Part shown: positions 28,986 through 32,000 of the stretch, piece by piece
Numbering within the stretch: the stretch's first letter is position 1
Layout of the letters: each line of letters begins with the position of its first letter
NCBI RefSeq assembly: GCF_040207875.1
Contig: NZ_CP157942.1
Coordinates: 1,492,001-1,524,000 of the forward strand
Length of the DNA stretch: 32,000 bases
Direction: 5' to 3'
Source of the DNA: Wolbachia endosymbiont of Armadillidium arcangelii
Lineage (GTDB): Bacteria; Pseudomonadota; Alphaproteobacteria; Rickettsiales; Anaplasmataceae
Position numbers and translations under genes: made by a program
The notes under the pieces: model-generated
The model's input: only the letters and a program-made list of their open reading frames with translations
Databases searched by the model: none
Told to the model about the DNA's origin: nothing

Positions 28986-29925
28986 TTAGGAATCGAGTCA
29001 TGTCTTGATCGTTTTCCTGCATCGCAAGATCTAAAGGAGTAAGTCCCCTCCCATTTTTTATATTAATGTTTGCTCCCTGTTTTAAAAGAAGCCCCGTTTT
29101 TTCTATATTACCTTCTTTTACTGTACGAAATAGACGACTTTCACCTTCTATCTTTTCAATATCTGCTCCATATGATCTAAGTACTTCAATGGCTTTTTCA
29201 TTCCCACTATTGAGCGCGATATCCAAAGCATCCATTCCAGCTTTATTTTTGTAGTTGATAAAATTCTTCAACTGATCTCTGCCAAAGCTTTCTATATATT
29301 GTTTAATGATGAGTTTCACTACCTTTCCAGGACAATTATTAGCAGCAGAAACAAGTATTGTGTTGTTATTATTATCTTTTTTTGTTACGCCTGCTTTGAG
29401 TTTATTTATCAAGTACTCGATAATTTCTATTCTGCTATCATCCTCTGCTTCAGTGCATTGTCTAGTAGCTAAAAATAAAGCTGTTCGCCCATTGTTATCT
29501 ATATCTTCAATATTCCGTCCCTTATCAACTAAGGCTTGTATTACACTTTTATTTCCATATAAAGCAGCAAAGTGAAGAGGTGTATGTCCTTCGGTGCTTT
29601 CTCTTTCATTAATTAACGCATCATGGCTAGATAGTAATTCTATAAACTCTGGCGTATTTGCAAAAATTGCAAGGTGCATTGGTGTTAAGTAATCTTTGCC
29701 ATGATTTTCAGTTTTTGCGTTAACGTTTGCTCCACTTTCTATCAGCAATTTCGCTATTTTAAATTGCTTATGCCCGATGGCAATATGCAGTGGTGTACGA
29801 TTACGTTCATAATTATCATTGACGTTTGCACCAGATTTTATTAGTAGTTCTGCAGTTTTAATATCACCCGCCTTAATTGCAACGTGTAAGGAAGGAGATT
29901 CATCTTTTTCTATTTCCCCCGTCAT
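28986..29925 (-). pseudogene. Ankyrin-repeat protein gene truncated by the IS; the listed ORF 28936..29925 ends in IS-encoded residues
   Basis: Many ankyrin repeats (PSLHVAIKAGDIKTAELLIKSGANVN, TPLHIAIGHKQFKIAKLLIESGANVN, TPLHFAALYGNKSVIQALVDKG); last residues RGCPQTIKFKHIPYLT are IS sequence. Confidence 0.8.
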
Positions 29926-30148
29926 ACGAAATTGCGAACATATTAATTCATATATTATTAAGTTTTTATTAAGATTGTATTAATAATAGTTAAAAAAAAC
30001 TTCAATTTCTATTAAAAAATAGATATCTATCAACGATTTTATAAGCAAATGTTTATATAATAATTCCAAAAGTGAAACAGTAAAAAAAAGCTTTTCATGA
30101 GAAATTATAAATGATAAATTGTTAATAATGAATTATCGAGAATAAGTT

Positions 30149-30832
30149 ATGTGCTTTGGTTTGCCTAACATAAACAGAGAAGGTTATTTATTTATAATTG
30201 TTTCCTTTATAGTGACGTGTATAGCATTCTCTATATCTTGGGGGGCTGGCATTACTTGCTTATTCCCAACACTATTATGTACTTATTTCTTTCGTGACCC
30301 ATCAAGAGCTGTACCAAACAATAAGGATTTCATATTAAGCCCTGCTGATGGTGTGATTTCAAAAATTGAAGAAGTTAATTCTCCTTTGTTAGCAGAAAAC
30401 GAAGAAGGAAAGAAGTTTACACTTGTCAGCATATTTCTAAGTGTTTTGAATGTCCATGTGAATCGTATACCAATATCTGGTGCGATAAAGGAAATGAATT
30501 ATAAAAAAGGCAAGTTTGTTTCTGCAATAAGCAATAGGTCTAGTAATGAAAATGAAAAGCAAGTTATTGTGATTGAATATGAAGAGGGGAAAGAAATCAC
30601 TGTGGAACAAATAGCTGGATTTATTGCACGTCGCATTGTTTGTAATTTGAGAGTATCTCAAAGTGTAAAAGCAGGTGAAAGATTTGGAATTATACGATTT
30701 GGCAGTAGAGTAAATATTTATATACCTGCTGGCATAGAGGTAAGAGTTTCAGAAGGGCAAACTGTTATTGGTGGTGAAACAATTATAGCAGATTTAAACA
30801 AGCAAGAGAAGCTTATTTTTGATGTAATATGA
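30149..30832 (+). CDS. psd: Phosphatidylserine decarboxylase
   Basis: [56 protein letters not shown] (GS proenzyme cleavage site). Confidence 0.95.
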   Translation: MCFGLPNINREGYLFIIVSFIVTCIAFSISWGAGITCLFPTLLCTYFFRDPSRAVPNNKDFILSPADGVISKIEEVNSPLLAENEEGKKFTLVSIFLSVLNVHVNRIPISGAIKEMNYKKGKFVSAISNRSSNENEKQVIVIEYEEGKEITVEQIAGFIARRIVCNLRVSQSVKAGERFGIIRFGSRVNIYIPAGIEVRVSEGQTVIGGETIIADLNKQEKLIFDVI

Positions 30833-31614
30833 ATAACGATGGAAGTAACGGTAAATTCTTACCTATTACCAAATTATTTCCAAACTTTATAACTTTACTG
30901 GGTTTATGTGCTGGCCTTACTTCACTTAAATTCACATTTAATGAACAATGGGAATTTTCAGCAATTTTTATTATCATCGCAGCAATAATAGATGGAATGG
31001 ATGGTAGAATAGCCAGAATTCTAAAATCAACTAGCGATTTTGGAGCACAGCTTGATTCTTTTGCAGATTTTCTGAATTTTGGTTCAGCACCTGCCTTTCT
31101 TTTGTATTTTTGGAAGTTAAATGAAATTAAAGTTGTAGGTTGGATCTTAGTAATGATATATGTAATCTGCATATCAATAAGACTTGCAAGATTCAATGTT
31201 TCGCTACATTCAGAACAACTATACTGGAAAAAAAATTTCTTTTCCGGCATTCCAGCTCCTGTATGCGCTTTACTTACTCTGTTACCAATAATTATTACCT
31301 TCCAATCTCATGAAAGTGAATACTTACTTCTTATAGAGCAATTTTTTAACGCAAGGAATACAGCTTGTTACTTTTTGGCCATTTCATTTTTTTCGATAAG
31401 TCATATTCCAACTTTCTCCGCAAAGTACATTTATGTCCCTAAAAGTTTATCCTATATCTTTGTATCATTTTTTGGAATATTGATCATATTTTTTATAAGC
31501 AAGCCCTGGATAACACTACCAATTTTAGGTGCAGTTTATATATTGACTCTTCCAATAAGTACCGGACTTTATATATATTACGCATATAAAACTAGTCCGC
31601 TATATAAAAAATAG
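30829..31614 (+). CDS. pssA: CDP-diacylglycerol--serine O-phosphatidyltransferase
   Basis: [53 protein letters not shown] (CDP-alcohol phosphotransferase signature DGxxARxxxxxxxxGxxxDxxxD). Confidence 0.95.
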   Translation: MNNDGSNGKFLPITKLFPNFITLLGLCAGLTSLKFTFNEQWEFSAIFIIIAAIIDGMDGRIARILKSTSDFGAQLDSFADFLNFGSAPAFLLYFWKLNEIKVVGWILVMIYVICISIRLARFNVSLHSEQLYWKKNFFSGIPAPVCALLTLLPIIITFQSHESEYLLLIEQFFNARNTACYFLAISFFSISHIPTFSAKYIYVPKSLSYIFVSFFGILIIFFISKPWITLPILGAVYILTLPISTGLYIYYAYKTSPLYKK

Positions 31615-31622
31615 TGAGCAGC

Positions 31623-32000
31623 ATGGTTGTAAAAGTAACTGATCTATTAAACTCTCTTCTATATATAAAGATATTTAACATTCCATTCATAATTATTTGG
31701 GTAATTGCAACTGGAGTTTTTTGTATGATTCAATTCAAATTTACTAACTTTAGATTATTCAAACATGGAATACAGACGCTATTCAACCTAAAATGTAATG
31801 GCAATAACAATGGTGTAATCACTCATATTCAAGCGTTTGCAACAGTCATTTCCGGAACAGTTGGTCTTGGAACAATATCAGGAGTTGCAATAGCTATCAC
31901 AATAGGGGGACCAAGTGCAGTTTTTTGGATGATAGTTACTGGAATATTTGGTATGTCAATAAAGTTTGCTGAAGTAGTGCTTGCATTCAATTACCGCTCT
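31623..32000 (+). CDS. AGCS-family (sodium:alanine-type) symporter, 5' part, runs off the window
   Basis: Open frame MVVKVTDLLNSLLYIK...HIQAFATVISGTVGLGTISGVAIAITIGGPSAVFWMIVTGIFGMSIKFAEVVLAFNYRS. Confidence 0.85.
   Translation, partial: MVVKVTDLLNSLLYIKIFNIPFIIIWVIATGVFCMIQFKFTNFRLFKHGIQTLFNLKCNGNNNGVITHIQAFATVISGTVGLGTISGVAIAITIGGPSAVFWMIVTGIFGMSIKFAEVVLAFNYRS

Noticed and set aside
1-32000. Search for CRISPR arrays, rRNA, tRNA, toxin-antitoxin or restriction-modification modules
   Set aside because: No regularly spaced repeats, rRNA signatures, obvious tRNA cloverleaf sequences or recognisable defence-protein motifs were seen by eye. A tRNAscan-SE/Infernal run would be needed to exclude RNA genes formally

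Overview
This 32 kb window matches the gene content, AT-richness and repeat types of an arthropod Wolbachia-like (Rickettsiales) chromosome. The genus call is inferred, not searched. Most of it is core genes: gapR-like, ubiX, folD, an outer-membrane beta-barrel gene, leuS, an M23/NlpD-like lipoprotein gene, merR-type and IHF-like genes, an MFS transporter, uvrB, petC/petB, a J-domain gene, a NifU/Nfu-like gene, hisS, polA, gatA, gyrB, psd, pssA and the start of an AGCS-type symporter gene. The accessory content is three ankyrin-repeat genes, one intact IS5-family element of 916 bp, at least three decayed transposase remnants between hisS and polA, and several short palindromic repeats. The best observations are these. 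(1) Three palindromic repeat copies lie in frame inside leuS, and a related copy lies in the N-terminal extension of petC. (2) Two ankyrin paralogs bear the signature of a tandem duplication: a fused pair of gene-end fragments (dnaJ-like 3' end joined to petB 5' end) lies between them, and each ends in a near-identical 32 bp palindrome. (3) A third ankyrin gene is interrupted by the IS, and its transmembrane tail can be recovered on the other side. (4) Two overlapping hypothetical ORFs may be one gene split by a frameshift. I found no CRISPR array, defence island or clearly new multi-gene system.
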